Of a DNA stretch of 64,000 nucleotides, positions 30,098 to 38,713 are shown piece after piece. Numbering within the stretch: position 1 is the stretch's first letter; each line of letters starts with the position of its first letter. A program made the translations under genes and the position numbers. The DNA comes from an uncultured Gammaproteobacteria bacterium (GTDB lineage Bacteria; Pseudomonadota; Gammaproteobacteria; Steroidobacterales; Steroidobacteraceae). The notes under the pieces are model-generated. The model was given only the letters and a program-made list of their open reading frames with translations. It made no database searches and was not told where the DNA came from. The stretch spans positions 358,234 through 422,233 of the forward strand of contig CAVWPD010000008.1 of assembly GCA_963756845.1 (NCBI GenBank), read 5' to 3'.

Positions 30098-30556
30098 ATG
30101 CAATGGACGCAGCCTCTCCCGAACTGGATCCGCACGCCATTCGTTCTATTTGGACTTGCAACAGTAGTAGGTGCCTTCGTTGACTTCTCTACGATGACCC
30201 TGGGTGGCGTCGTAGTTGGTGCTGTTTGGGCTCTCGTTGGCTGGAAAGGGCTTCCCGTCATCCGAACAATCGATGTGCAAGAAATTCGGCGCCGACGGAT
30301 CGTAGCAATACTCGCCGGACCAATATGGCTATTGGTTGCTTCGTTAACCCTACCCAGAGTTCCTCGAACATATCTGGATACCGTCTTCTTTATGTCTACG
30401 ATACCGGTTTTCTTTTTCGTATTTCGATTCGGGTTGAGCGCCTGCCCACGCTGTGGGAGACATTTTTTCTTATCGAAGTATTTCGTGGGATCGTGGGTCT
30501 CCAAGTGTAAGCACTGTGGCCAATCGCTTCGCGGCGATTCAACCGCAAGAACGTAG
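30098..30556 (+). CDS. hypothetical membrane protein with C-terminal CxxC...CxxC zinc-ribbon
   Basis: 152 aa with about four hydrophobic segments, then CPRCGRHFFLSKYFVGSWVSKCKHCGQ. The antisense ORF 30091..30639 looks non-protein-like. Confidence 0.55.
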   Translation: MQWTQPLPNWIRTPFVLFGLATVVGAFVDFSTMTLGGVVVGAVWALVGWKGLPVIRTIDVQEIRRRRIVAILAGPIWLLVASLTLPRVPRTYLDTVFFMSTIPVFFFVFRFGLSACPRCGRHFFLSKYFVGSWVSKCKHCGQSLRGDSTART

Positions 30557-30770
30557 GTGCAGCGACACCTTTCCGTGCGACGATAAAGCTGTCGTTGGCT
30601 AAGGTCTGCAGTGGGTCGACTTCGGAAATTCAGTCTCAAGATTCAGTTTCTTGGTGCCGTGGGGCAGCACCCGGGCCAGGAGCTGTCATTCGCCTCGCTC
30701 ATTAATCTATTGCTACTCTGAAAACACTTTCGCGACAGCCCCTAGATCGAACAAACAGGTAGAACCCAGA

Positions 30771-31118
30771 ATGCCTACCGGTACAATTCTAAAACGTGGC
30801 CAGGTCTGGTGGGCGTTCGACGAACGGATTCCCCTGGTGATTTTGTCGGCTGACGGAATGGCCAATATTCAGGCGATGCGCATCGTCGCTCCCGCAAGCA
30901 CAAATATTCAAGGTTACGCGGTCGAAGTGCCAATTGGTGTTCTCGAAGGCCTTCCACGCGAAGGTGTATTGCGTGTCGCCTTCCCGCGACCTGGTTACAT
31001 TAACTGTCACTGGCTGGTCACGCTGACCCGAGCGGACTTGGTCGAATATGCGGGCGCATTGTCGCCCGAGAAGTTGAGCCAGCTAGAGGACGCACTCAGG
31101 CTTGCGGATCTCGAATAG
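30771..31118 (+). CDS. PemK/MazF-like type II toxin, no recognisable antitoxin gene
   Basis: 115 aa from the ATG at 30771. RGQVWWAFD...LVILSAD...RIVAPAST...YAVEV...EGLPREGVLRV...LVTLTRADLVEYAGALSPEKLSQLEDALRLA follows the MazF/PemK pattern (RGxxWW, VAPxTS-like, C-terminal L..V..AL). Confidence 0.6.
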   Translation: MPTGTILKRGQVWWAFDERIPLVILSADGMANIQAMRIVAPASTNIQGYAVEVPIGVLEGLPREGVLRVAFPRPGYINCHWLVTLTRADLVEYAGALSPEKLSQLEDALRLADLE

Positions 31119-31338
31119 CATCGATTGACGGCTTTCAACTTGTAATTGCAGACGCTCAAGAAGTCCTACTGACCGGCAGCTCCGGGTCGAGGGTGTGTCG
31201 GTCGACCAGAGACCGACGCCAAATCCGTCGTGGTATAACATGTTGCACATCCTCCCGCGAGTTGAGACCGCTCGATGCCCGACTCACGGTCGCATGAATG
31301 CGATCCGCATTTCTGACTTCACCTGGAAGAGAGAGCAC

Positions 31339-31728
31339 ATGACACGCGTATTGTTCGTCGGCCAACTGCCGGAGACAGTGGACTTCTCGGATGCTGCCAT
31401 ACCACCCGGTTTCAACCCCGAGAAGATCCATGCCGGAATAGCGATTGCCATGGGCAAAATGGCGGATCGGGGATGGCAGGCGGACCTTTGCTTGATCCCG
31501 CCCGACAAAATGGCAAGGATCGTACTTGAGCAGCAGCTGGCAACCGCGACCTATGATTGCGTTGTGATCGGAGGCGGCATTCGCCTGCCTCCCAAAAGTC
31601 TGTCGTTGCTCGAGACGGTAGTGAACACCGTGCATAAGTTGGCGCCGAATGCGTCCATCGCTTTCAATACGCGTCCGGAGGACACGGCGGAAGCAGCGGC
31701 CCGGTGGATAAACGCCGGCACTGACTAA
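31339..31728 (+). CDS. hypothetical protein
   Basis: 129 aa from the ATG at 31339 (MTRVLFVGQLPE...CVVIGGGIRLPP...). It reads like an alpha/beta fold. No family recognised. Confidence 0.45.
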   Translation: MTRVLFVGQLPETVDFSDAAIPPGFNPEKIHAGIAIAMGKMADRGWQADLCLIPPDKMARIVLEQQLATATYDCVVIGGGIRLPPKSLSLLETVVNTVHKLAPNASIAFNTRPEDTAEAAARWINAGTD

Positions 31729-31771
31729 CGCCGACATCTATGTCAAACGCCGCGCCCCTCATCGTGCTTGC

Positions 31772-32143
31772 ATGCATATTGGCGCCCCTCATAGGTATCA
31801 TCGGGTATCTTCCCAACGCGATAAAAATCTTCGCAGCGACGCGGAGAAACTCATCGCGGATGCTGGGCATGTCGCCACTGGACCTGCGCGCAGCGGCAAA
31901 GTTACCTGTCGCAAGCCAAGGCCCTCTGCCTTCCTGTTTTTCCTGCTGTTCTTGCTTGTTCTATCCGCCGTTCTTTTCGGCTTACAGCTCAACTTGGGCT
32001 CATCAAACAACGCGGTTGGGTTTGTAATCCTCCTTTCATTGGTGCCCCTGGCAATGGCGCTTAGACAGCAGCGGTACACCGTGCGGGTGTCAGACACCAC
32101 ACTCATCATTTCCTCATTCACCACGAGACCTTTGTACCGCTGA
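31772..32143 (+). CDS. hypothetical small membrane protein (uncertain; competes with ORF 31740..32027)
   Basis: 123 aa with two hydrophobic segments (AFLFFLLFLLVLSAVLFG, VGFVILLSLVPLAMAL). The coding call is weak. Confidence 0.25.
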   Translation: MHIGAPHRYHRVSSQRDKNLRSDAEKLIADAGHVATGPARSGKVTCRKPRPSAFLFFLLFLLVLSAVLFGLQLNLGSSNNAVGFVILLSLVPLAMALRQQRYTVRVSDTTLIISSFTTRPLYR

Positions 32144-32302
32144 TTAAGGTGTTCACGCAGCGTTTTCACTCGGCAATTGTGGGCACAAGAGAGCACAGCG
32201 CAATAACTGCCCACTCATTCAACCGCCAGAAATCCCGCTGCGGGGCGAAATTCTGCGGCGGCGAGTCGGGCTCGCGCGCCTGACTCCCCGTCGTCGGCTT
32301 CC

Positions 32303-32356
32303 GCGTGGTCTTGTACGACACCTCGCTACACATCGGCGCGGTGGAGGGCCGCGTCT
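32303..32356. repeat. direct repeat copy 2 (candidate attR)
   Basis: Matches 23908..23962: 46 identical nt, a 1-nt G indel, then 8 identical nt. It is preceded by an in-frame stop, so it is an orphan gene-end fragment. Confidence 0.9.
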
Positions 32357-32368
32357 ACCCCCACTGGG

Positions 32369-32743
32369 CTAGCTGCGCTTCCTGATGATTTCCACGCGGC
32401 CCTTGCCGCCCACGAACCAAGAGCCGACCATGCTCACCAGACTGACGAGAATCGCGGTCCAAAACGCGGGACCAAACCCTGCCACGTGCATGCCCGGCAG
32501 CATCCAGGCCACCAGTCCCACCATGGCGGCGTTGATGACCAGCAGAAACAGACCCAGCGTCAGAATGGTCATGGGCAGCGTGAGCAGTATGGCGATGGGC
32601 CGCACGATGGAATTCACGACGCCCAGCAGTATGCCGGCGAGAATCAGCGTTGAGGGGCTGTCGATTGAGACGCCGTGCACCCAGTCGGTGGCCAGCCACA
32701 GACCCAGTGCAACCAGCGCCGCGCGAATGAGGAACCCGAGCAT
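32369..32743 (-). CDS. phage holin family 4 (YvlD-like) membrane protein
   Basis: 124 aa. MLGFLIRAALVALGLWLA...GVVNSIVRPIAILLTLPMTILTLGLFLLVINAAML-type pattern, characteristic of the 4-TMS holin superfamily IV / YvlD family. Confidence 0.75.
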   Translation of the reverse strand: MLGFLIRAALVALGLWLATDWVHGVSIDSPSTLILAGILLGVVNSIVRPIAILLTLPMTILTLGLFLLVINAAMVGLVAWMLPGMHVAGFGPAFWTAILVSLVSMVGSWFVGGKGRVEIIRKRS

Positions 32744-32803
32744 GCCTGCCTCCTGTTACGCCCCGCTACGCGCGCGAGCATATCAAGGAAGCCCACGTCT
32801 GCT

Positions 32804-33322
32804 TCAATAATCGAGACCGGCTAGCGGCGGATCCTTGGGCTCAACTTTTGCCGGCTTTTTTGGCACGGGCGGACTCTCCAGAGTCACCTTGATCCGCGCC
32901 ATGAACCGCTCCCAGCCCATGCGCATGCGCATATAGCTTTGATCCCAGGCGGCCGAATCGGAAATTCCGGATCCCAAGAGGCGCAGCGAGGTCTTGCCTT
33001 CGCCCTTGCGCACATCCAGCAGGAAGTCGTCCACGGCAGCACTTTCACTGGGCGGTGAATCGGGGCCGTCGAGGTAGATGAGCCTTAGGCGGCGATTCAC
33101 ATCAAAAATATCGATGTGCGCCTCGCGAGCGCCTGAATCGCGTTTGCCGATCCGATACAGGCCGCCTTGGCGGGGGTCGACTTCGGATTCGTGGCCGGAC
33201 CAAATACGGATCAACCCCGGATCGATCAAGGCGCGCCACACCCGAGCGACCGGCACATCGATCTCGACCAGATGGGCGTAGCCTCGAGTGCCGTTTTTGG
33301 AGGATTTTCGGGGTAAGCTCAT
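32804..33322 (-). CDS. SRPBCC (AHSA1/START-like) domain protein
   Basis: 172 aa. HLVEIDVPVARVWRALIDPGLIRIWSG... is typical of Activator-of-Hsp90-ATPase-homolog-like SRPBCC proteins. Confidence 0.7.
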   Translation of the reverse strand: MSLPRKSSKNGTRGYAHLVEIDVPVARVWRALIDPGLIRIWSGHESEVDPRQGGLYRIGKRDSGAREAHIDIFDVNRRLRLIYLDGPDSPPSESAAVDDFLLDVRKGEGKTSLRLLGSGISDSAAWDQSYMRMRMGWERFMARIKVTLESPPVPKKPAKVEPKDPPLAGLDY

Positions 33323-33422
33323 GGCTGACTTCGGCCTTTACGGTGCGTTGCGGTGTCTTAAAGCCTGACGGAAAGCTGGCTGCGGCGGAGTGCTAGAATC
33401 TAACAACAGGGGAGGAAGATCC

Positions 33423-33806
33423 ATGGCATATGTTGATATCGTGACTGCGCTCGCAGTTCTACAGTTCATTGTGTTCGGCTTCAAGGTGGGGGGAGCCCGC
33501 GGCCGCTATGGAATCAAGGCGCCGGCCATTACCGGAAACGAGATTTTCGAGCGCCATTTTCGCGTCCAACAAAATACTTTGGAGCAGTTAATTGTATTTT
33601 TGCCCGGGTTATACCTGTTCGCGCGCTATTTCAATCCGCTGGTTGCGGCGGCGCTTGGGGTGGTGTACTTGCTCGGACGGGAGCTGTATGCCTTTACTTA
33701 TGTGAAGGACCCGGCCAATCGCAGCGTCGGCTACGGAATGACCTTCCTGCCCATGCTAATCCTGGTGGCGGGTGGCTTGATCGGCGCCGTACGGGCGCTC
33801 TTTTAG
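33423..33806 (+). CDS. MAPEG family membrane protein (glutathione-transferase-like)
   Basis: 127 aa from the ATG at 33423. Four TM segments and a HFRVQQNTLEQL motif as in MAPEG proteins. Confidence 0.75.
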   Translation: MAYVDIVTALAVLQFIVFGFKVGGARGRYGIKAPAITGNEIFERHFRVQQNTLEQLIVFLPGLYLFARYFNPLVAAALGVVYLLGRELYAFTYVKDPANRSVGYGMTFLPMLILVAGGLIGAVRALF

Positions 33807-33828
33807 ACGGTTTTTTCGACAATCAACA

Positions 33829-33920
33829 GCTGGGGTGGCCTATAGGGCCTGAGATGCTGGCCGCGCAAGCCCACCAGCAAACCCATTGAACCTGATCCGG
33901 TTAGTACCGGCGGAGGGAGC
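33829..33920 (+). promoter_or_regulatory. TPP (THI-box) riboswitch
   Basis: The sequence ctGGGGTGgcctatagggCCTGAGAtgctgg...ccagcaaACCCattGAACCTGATCCGGtTAGTACCGGCGgAGGGAgc carries the conserved GGGGTG, CTGAGA, ACCC and GAACCTGATC-GG-TA-T-CC-GCG-AGGGA blocks, with a variable P3 hairpin (tgctgg/ccagca). The only SD-like sequence (GGAGGGAG, 33912..33919) lies inside the aptamer 3' strand. The start ATG is at 33921. Confidence 0.85.
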
Positions 33921-36089
33921 ATGGGTTCTAGAAATTCCTTTGTTTATATGGCGCTCGGCGCGCTGACCGCGCCCTGGTTGGCCGGATTGACGCCCGCAGG
34001 CGCGGCCGACAGCAGCACCGATCAACCCCTGGATGAGATTGTGGTCACAGCCACGCTGCGCTCCGTGCCCCTGCAGCAGGTGCCAGGCAGCATTTCCGTG
34101 CTGTCCGGGGAAACGCTGCACGATGCAGGACAGGAGCATTTCGAGGATGTCGCGGCATTAGTGCCGAATTTGAACTGGGCGGGCGATACCTCGCGTCCGC
34201 GCTACTTTCAGATTCGCGGCATCGGCGAGCTGCAGCAGTATCAAGGAGCCCCCAATCCGTCCGTCGGGTTCCTCATCGACGATATCGACTTCAGCGGCTT
34301 AGGATCGGCGGCCACGTTGTTCGACGTCGATCACATCGAGGTGCTGCACGGCCCGCAGGGAACCTTGTACGGCGCCAACGCGCTGGCCGGCCTTATTTAC
34401 GTGAAGGGCGCGGAGCCTGCCGATACTTTCGGCGGCCGCGCAGAGTTCGATGTTGGAGACTATAACGAGCGTTCCTACGGGGCCGTCATCACAGGTCCGG
34501 TGAGCGACCTGGACTCGGCGTTCAGACTGGCGGTGCAGCGTTATACCAGCGACGGGTTCTACCACAACGCGTATCTGGACCGCAGCACCGACGATCGCGA
34601 TGAACTTACGGCGCGCGCCAAATGGCTGTATGAGCCGAACGATGCCTGGCGCGTCGATTTGACGCTGCTGCGCGCGCAGATAGACAACGGCTACGATGCC
34701 TGGGCCATCGATAACAGCCGCATCACCGAATCCAACCAGCCGGGCGTCGATGCGCAATATTCCACGGGCATTTCCGCGCGGTCGACCTACACCGGGTTTC
34801 AGCCGCTCACCCTGACTGCCATCGCGACGTATGCCGACACCACGGTCAATTACGGCTACGACGGCGACTGGGGCAATGATGTGCTCTGGGCGCCTTACAC
34901 GGATGACTACACCGAGTATCAGGACCGGCATCGATCGACGGAAAGTTTGGAATTTCGAGTCAGCGACTCCCCGGCCCAGGCGCCCTCGCAGGCGCTCTCT
35001 CAACAATCCATGCGCGGGTTCTCCTGGCTGGTTGGCGTGTATGCCTTCGAGCTGCGCGAGTCGTTAACCGACACCAGCGCGGGCGTTTATGTGGATCCCT
35101 TCGATGCGACTCAGAATTCCGAGACTTTGACTGTCATCTCGAGTCACTACAGCTCACGGAACGGCGCCTTGTACGCGCAGCTCGACGGGGATCTGAGTGC
35201 CGCGCGCTGGTCGCTTGGACTGCGCGGCGAACGGCACACCAGCAACTACAATGATGCCACCACGAATCTCGATGCGCCGACCACGACCAACAATTTCAGC
35301 CCCGCGGAAAATCTCTGGGGGGGGCATGCATCGCTCGACTATGCGATCGCGGACGGCCAGCATGTGTACGCGCTCGTCGCGCGCGGCTACAAGGCGGGTG
35401 GTTTTAACTTGAGCCCGGGTTTGCCGGCCAACCAATTGCTGTTTGGACCGGAGTGGGATCTGAACCTTGAAGTCGGCTACAAAGCGCAAATCGGCGGACT
35501 GCGAATTGATACCTCGCTGTTCTACATGATGCGTCACGATGAGCAGTTGCTGACCGGGGAGCAATTGGATCCGACCAATCCGGACACGTTCATCTTCTAT
35601 ACCGGCAACGCGCCATCCGGCTACAACTACGGCTTGGAGAGCACGCTGGAGTGGGCTGCAACACACAGCCTGGAAGTCGGGGGCTCGCTCGGCCTGCTGC
35701 AGACCCAGTACCACGGGTTCGTGCAAAACGATATGGTTCTCCCGGATCGGGCGCTGCCTCACGCCCCTGCCTGGCAAGCGGCCGTGAACGCTACATGGCG
35801 CGATCCGCGCGGGCCCTTTGCCCGGCTGGATGTCACGGGGATGGGCGCATTTTTCTATGATTTGCCGCCGAACTGGACGCGCTCGAGCGCCTACGGGCTC
35901 ATCAACGCCAAACTCGGCTGGAGCACCGAGCGTACCGAGGTGTACCTCTGGGGGCGCAATTTGCTCGACAAGGACTATACGGTGCGCGGATTTTATTTCG
36001 GGGACGAACCGCCCGACTTTCCCAATAAGCTGTACACGCAGTTGGGCGAGCCACGCAATTGGGGCGTACATTTTACGGTGCGCTTTTAG
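33921..36089 (+). CDS. TonB-dependent outer-membrane receptor
   Basis: 722 aa. Signal peptide, TonB-box-like DEIVVTA, plug and barrel motifs, and a C-terminal ...NWGVHFTVRF aromatic terminus. Confidence 0.9.
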   Translation: MGSRNSFVYMALGALTAPWLAGLTPAGAADSSTDQPLDEIVVTATLRSVPLQQVPGSISVLSGETLHDAGQEHFEDVAALVPNLNWAGDTSRPRYFQIRGIGELQQYQGAPNPSVGFLIDDIDFSGLGSAATLFDVDHIEVLHGPQGTLYGANALAGLIYVKGAEPADTFGGRAEFDVGDYNERSYGAVITGPVSDLDSAFRLAVQRYTSDGFYHNAYLDRSTDDRDELTARAKWLYEPNDAWRVDLTLLRAQIDNGYDAWAIDNSRITESNQPGVDAQYSTGISARSTYTGFQPLTLTAIATYADTTVNYGYDGDWGNDVLWAPYTDDYTEYQDRHRSTESLEFRVSDSPAQAPSQALSQQSMRGFSWLVGVYAFELRESLTDTSAGVYVDPFDATQNSETLTVISSHYSSRNGALYAQLDGDLSAARWSLGLRGERHTSNYNDATTNLDAPTTTNNFSPAENLWGGHASLDYAIADGQHVYALVARGYKAGGFNLSPGLPANQLLFGPEWDLNLEVGYKAQIGGLRIDTSLFYMMRHDEQLLTGEQLDPTNPDTFIFYTGNAPSGYNYGLESTLEWAATHSLEVGGSLGLLQTQYHGFVQNDMVLPDRALPHAPAWQAAVNATWRDPRGPFARLDVTGMGAFFYDLPPNWTRSSAYGLINAKLGWSTERTEVYLWGRNLLDKDYTVRGFYFGDEPPDFPNKLYTQLGEPRNWGVHFTVRF

Positions 36090-36130
36090 CGTGCAAAGGC
36101 AGTCGGCATCGCCGCAGCGGAGGAGCTCCG

Positions 36131-37042
36131 ATGAATCGAAACAGTCTTGTCATAGGGTTTCTCTGGGCAGCACTGAGCGCGAGTGCGGCGCTCTGCGCCG
36201 CGCCAACCGACACCGCTACCGTTCCGGCATCGACCGCCGTGGCCGAACCGCGTGATCAGCTGCACTCCATCCCTGTCCAAGAAGCCCGCGGCGATGTGGT
36301 GCAGCTGAGCGCGCGCATCTGCAGGCCGGCGGGCGACGCTCCCGCCGCCTTGGTCATCATCAATCATGGATCGCCCGCCAAGCCTGAGGATCGTCCGAAA
36401 ATGCAGCTGGGGCGATGCGAACAGGAGGCGGCGCAGTGGTTTTTGAGGCGCGGCTACGTGGTCGTGTTTGCCCTGCGCCGCGGCTATGGGCAAACGGGCG
36501 GCGAGTGGGCCGAAGGATACGGTGAATGCTCAAATCCGCAATTCTTTCGCGGCGGGCTTTCCACGGCGCGCGACATCGATGCCATCGTCGCTTACGCGAC
36601 GGCATTGGATTTTGTGCGGCCGGATGGCGTAGTGGTGGTGGGCCATTCCGCGGGCGGTTGGGGAACGATCGCCTACGACAGCCGGCCTCACCCCAAGGTT
36701 GCTGCTTTCATCAACTTCGCCGGCGGCCGGGGCGGACACCGCAACAACATTCCGAACAGCAATTGCCGCGAGGACGTCTTGGTCGAGGCGGCGGGCCGCT
36801 ACGGCGGGACCGCGAGTACCCCCATGCTGTGGATCTATGCATCCAATGACAGTTTCTTCGCGCCGCGGCTGGCGGGCGCTCTATGGCGCGCCTTCACGGC
36901 CGCCGGCGGCAAGGGCGATTTCGAACAGCTGGGCCCTTCCGGCAAGGACGGTCATGGCTTGTTCTCCCAACCGGGCGGTGCGAAAACGTGGGGACCCTTG
37001 GTCGAGAGCTATCTCGCCCAGCAGCGCGCGGCGGCGAATTGA
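36131..37042 (+). CDS. secreted alpha/beta hydrolase (dienelactone-hydrolase/prolyl-oligopeptidase-like)
   Basis: From the ATG at 36131, with GGAGG eight nt upstream. Signal peptide MNRNSLVIGFLWAALSASAALCA, nucleophile elbow GHSAGG, candidate acid NDSFF and candidate His DGHGLF. Confidence 0.7.
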   Translation: MNRNSLVIGFLWAALSASAALCAAPTDTATVPASTAVAEPRDQLHSIPVQEARGDVVQLSARICRPAGDAPAALVIINHGSPAKPEDRPKMQLGRCEQEAAQWFLRRGYVVVFALRRGYGQTGGEWAEGYGECSNPQFFRGGLSTARDIDAIVAYATALDFVRPDGVVVVGHSAGGWGTIAYDSRPHPKVAAFINFAGGRGGHRNNIPNSNCREDVLVEAAGRYGGTASTPMLWIYASNDSFFAPRLAGALWRAFTAAGGKGDFEQLGPSGKDGHGLFSQPGGAKTWGPLVESYLAQQRAAAN

Positions 37043-37173
37043 CCTGCCGGATCGGTGGGATTTCCGGCGTGACACGGCATCCTATCTATCGCTACCATTA
37101 GCCGATAGCGGGGCTCACGATGCGAACAAATGACATCTAACCAGGAAATCGTTCGAATCGAATCAAAGGACCT

Positions 37174-37752
37174 ATGAATCCCCTCGTCAGCAAGGTTCAC
37201 GCCAAAGAGAAACGCTGGGGTGCCGAGTATGCGGAGCTTCGCAAGCTCTGCCTTGCCTCGGGCCTCAACGAAGAACTGAAATGGGGCCAAGCTTGCTACG
37301 ATCTCAATGGCAGCAACGTGGTTCTCATTCATGGCTTCAAGAATTATTGCGCATTGCTGTTCATGAAAGGCGCGCTGCTCAAGGACCCCAAGGGCATCCT
37401 CATTCAGCAGACCAAGAATGTGCAGGCCGCGAGGCAAATCAGGTTCGCTTCACTGGCGGATCTCAACCGGCAGAAAGCGGCGATCAAGGCCTATATCAAA
37501 GAAGCCATTGCGGTTGAAAAATCCGGGGCCAAGGTGGCAATGAGAAGCGTCGCGCAATTCGAGATGCCCGCGGAGTTTCTAACCCGCTTGGATGATGACC
37601 CTAAACTAGCCGAAGCCTTTCATGCGCTTACCCCTGGAAGGCAGAAGGGTTATTTGCTGCATTTCGCCGCAGCGAAACAAGCGGCGACTCGCGCTGCGCG
37701 CGTGGAGAAACATGCGCCGAGAATTTTGAGAGGACTGGGAATCGACGATTAA
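37174..37752 (+). CDS. YdeI/OmpD-associated family protein (DUF1801 N-domain)
   Basis: 192 aa. ...ELKWGQACY...HGFKNYCALLFMKGALL... and C-terminal LTPGRQKGYLLHFAAAKQAATRAARVEK, typical of the YdeI family. Confidence 0.7.
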   Translation: MNPLVSKVHAKEKRWGAEYAELRKLCLASGLNEELKWGQACYDLNGSNVVLIHGFKNYCALLFMKGALLKDPKGILIQQTKNVQAARQIRFASLADLNRQKAAIKAYIKEAIAVEKSGAKVAMRSVAQFEMPAEFLTRLDDDPKLAEAFHALTPGRQKGYLLHFAAAKQAATRAARVEKHAPRILRGLGIDD

Positions 37753-37772
37753 CCGCCCTCGCGGCAGCGGCT

Positions 37773-38696
37773 TTAGCCGGGGTGTTCAGCCAGCGCCTCG
37801 CGCGGAGGGGGATTCGGGTTCACGCCCGCGGCGATCAGTAGCGCAGCAAATACTTCCTGTTCGCGGCGGTATTTTTCGCATAGCGCGGCGTACTGTTCGG
37901 CGCGCTTCTCTCCGCGCATGTCCAATTGTGCGGCGAACTTCGATCTGTACGCATACACGCGGCGGGCCTCGTCGGCCGCTTTCCACTCGGGTGAATTTTC
38001 CGGCCAGACGCGCTTGGCGATGGTCGCGCCGATCATCTCGGTGACATAGTTGTCGCCGTGTTGGAAGGCATTGGCGAGTCCACGGCAGGACTCCAGCGTT
38101 TCGGCGCGCTGTAAGCGCTCTCCTTTGCATGCGTTTGAAGCGTACTGATATGCGGGAGTCCCTTCCGCGGCAAGGACCCCGATGATGGCGGTCTCAGCCT
38201 CCTCGAGGGAGAGTTTTCGGGTGCTCGCGGCTGCCCGACTCAGTGGAGCTATCAGTGTCGTCCAATAAATGTCGACGCGCTGCGAATGGCCGATGGCGGC
38301 CAATGCGGCCTCCCTGGCGGGATCGTCGTTTGCAGTGCCGGCGCGAGTGAGCGCCCCAAACCATCCCGCGCCGTTGGATGGGTCGAGCGCTTGTAGACGC
38401 CGCTCGATGGGTTCCGGATCACAGGGAGGAGCCCCGCGGCACACTTGTGAGTGTAGCCAGTGAAGATCCGCTCGATCAGGTGCCGCGGCGCTTGCGCGGG
38501 CGATGAGCAGTAATGATTGGTCGAGGTGTTCGGAGAGGCTTAGTAGAGCGGCAGCGGCCAGGGAGTCGGCGTCGCGATTGACTTGCAGGGCGACGATGGC
38601 TTCTTCGATGTGCCTCGCCAATCTCGCCTCGCGGGTTTCGGCTGACGTGGAAGCACAGGCGCTGCCGTAAGGAAACAGAGCAATGATCGCCATCAT
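37773..38696 (-). CDS. hypothetical exported protein, downstream of tetR
   Basis: Start taken at MMAIIALFPYGSACAST (38696), 17 nt after the tetR stop. Helical and Cys-containing. No family recognised. Confidence 0.5.
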   Translation of the reverse strand: MMAIIALFPYGSACASTSAETREARLARHIEEAIVALQVNRDADSLAAAALLSLSEHLDQSLLLIARASAAAPDRADLHWLHSQVCRGAPPCDPEPIERRLQALDPSNGAGWFGALTRAGTANDDPAREAALAAIGHSQRVDIYWTTLIAPLSRAAASTRKLSLEEAETAIIGVLAAEGTPAYQYASNACKGERLQRAETLESCRGLANAFQHGDNYVTEMIGATIAKRVWPENSPEWKAADEARRVYAYRSKFAAQLDMRGEKRAEQYAALCEKYRREQEVFAALLIAAGVNPNPPPREALAEHPG

Positions 38697-38713
38697 CGGG
38701 ACAGCCAGGTTTT

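Larger units (their letters stand above)
23963..32302. mobile_element. putative integrated island / mosaic insertion bounded by the 54/55-nt direct repeat
   Basis: All transposase and integrase genes of the window lie between the repeat copies, together with orphan signalling and toxin genes. The interior 30.0-32.2 kb looks more AT-rich by eye. Confidence 0.5.

Noticed and set aside
30557-30770. Search for a MazE/PemI-type antitoxin ORF upstream of the MazF-like gene
   Set aside because: No ORF of useful length exists in any frame. The in-frame extension from 30651 has no antitoxin-like sequence.
31740-32027. 95-aa ORF overlapping 31772..32143 in another frame
   Set aside because: The two ORFs compete, and neither has recognisable similarity. 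This may be one frameshifted gene or no gene. Only the one with two clear hydrophobic segments was listed, at low confidence.
33840-34139. 99-aa minus-strand ORF
   Set aside because: It overlaps the TPP riboswitch and the start of the TonB-dependent receptor. There is no protein-like signal.
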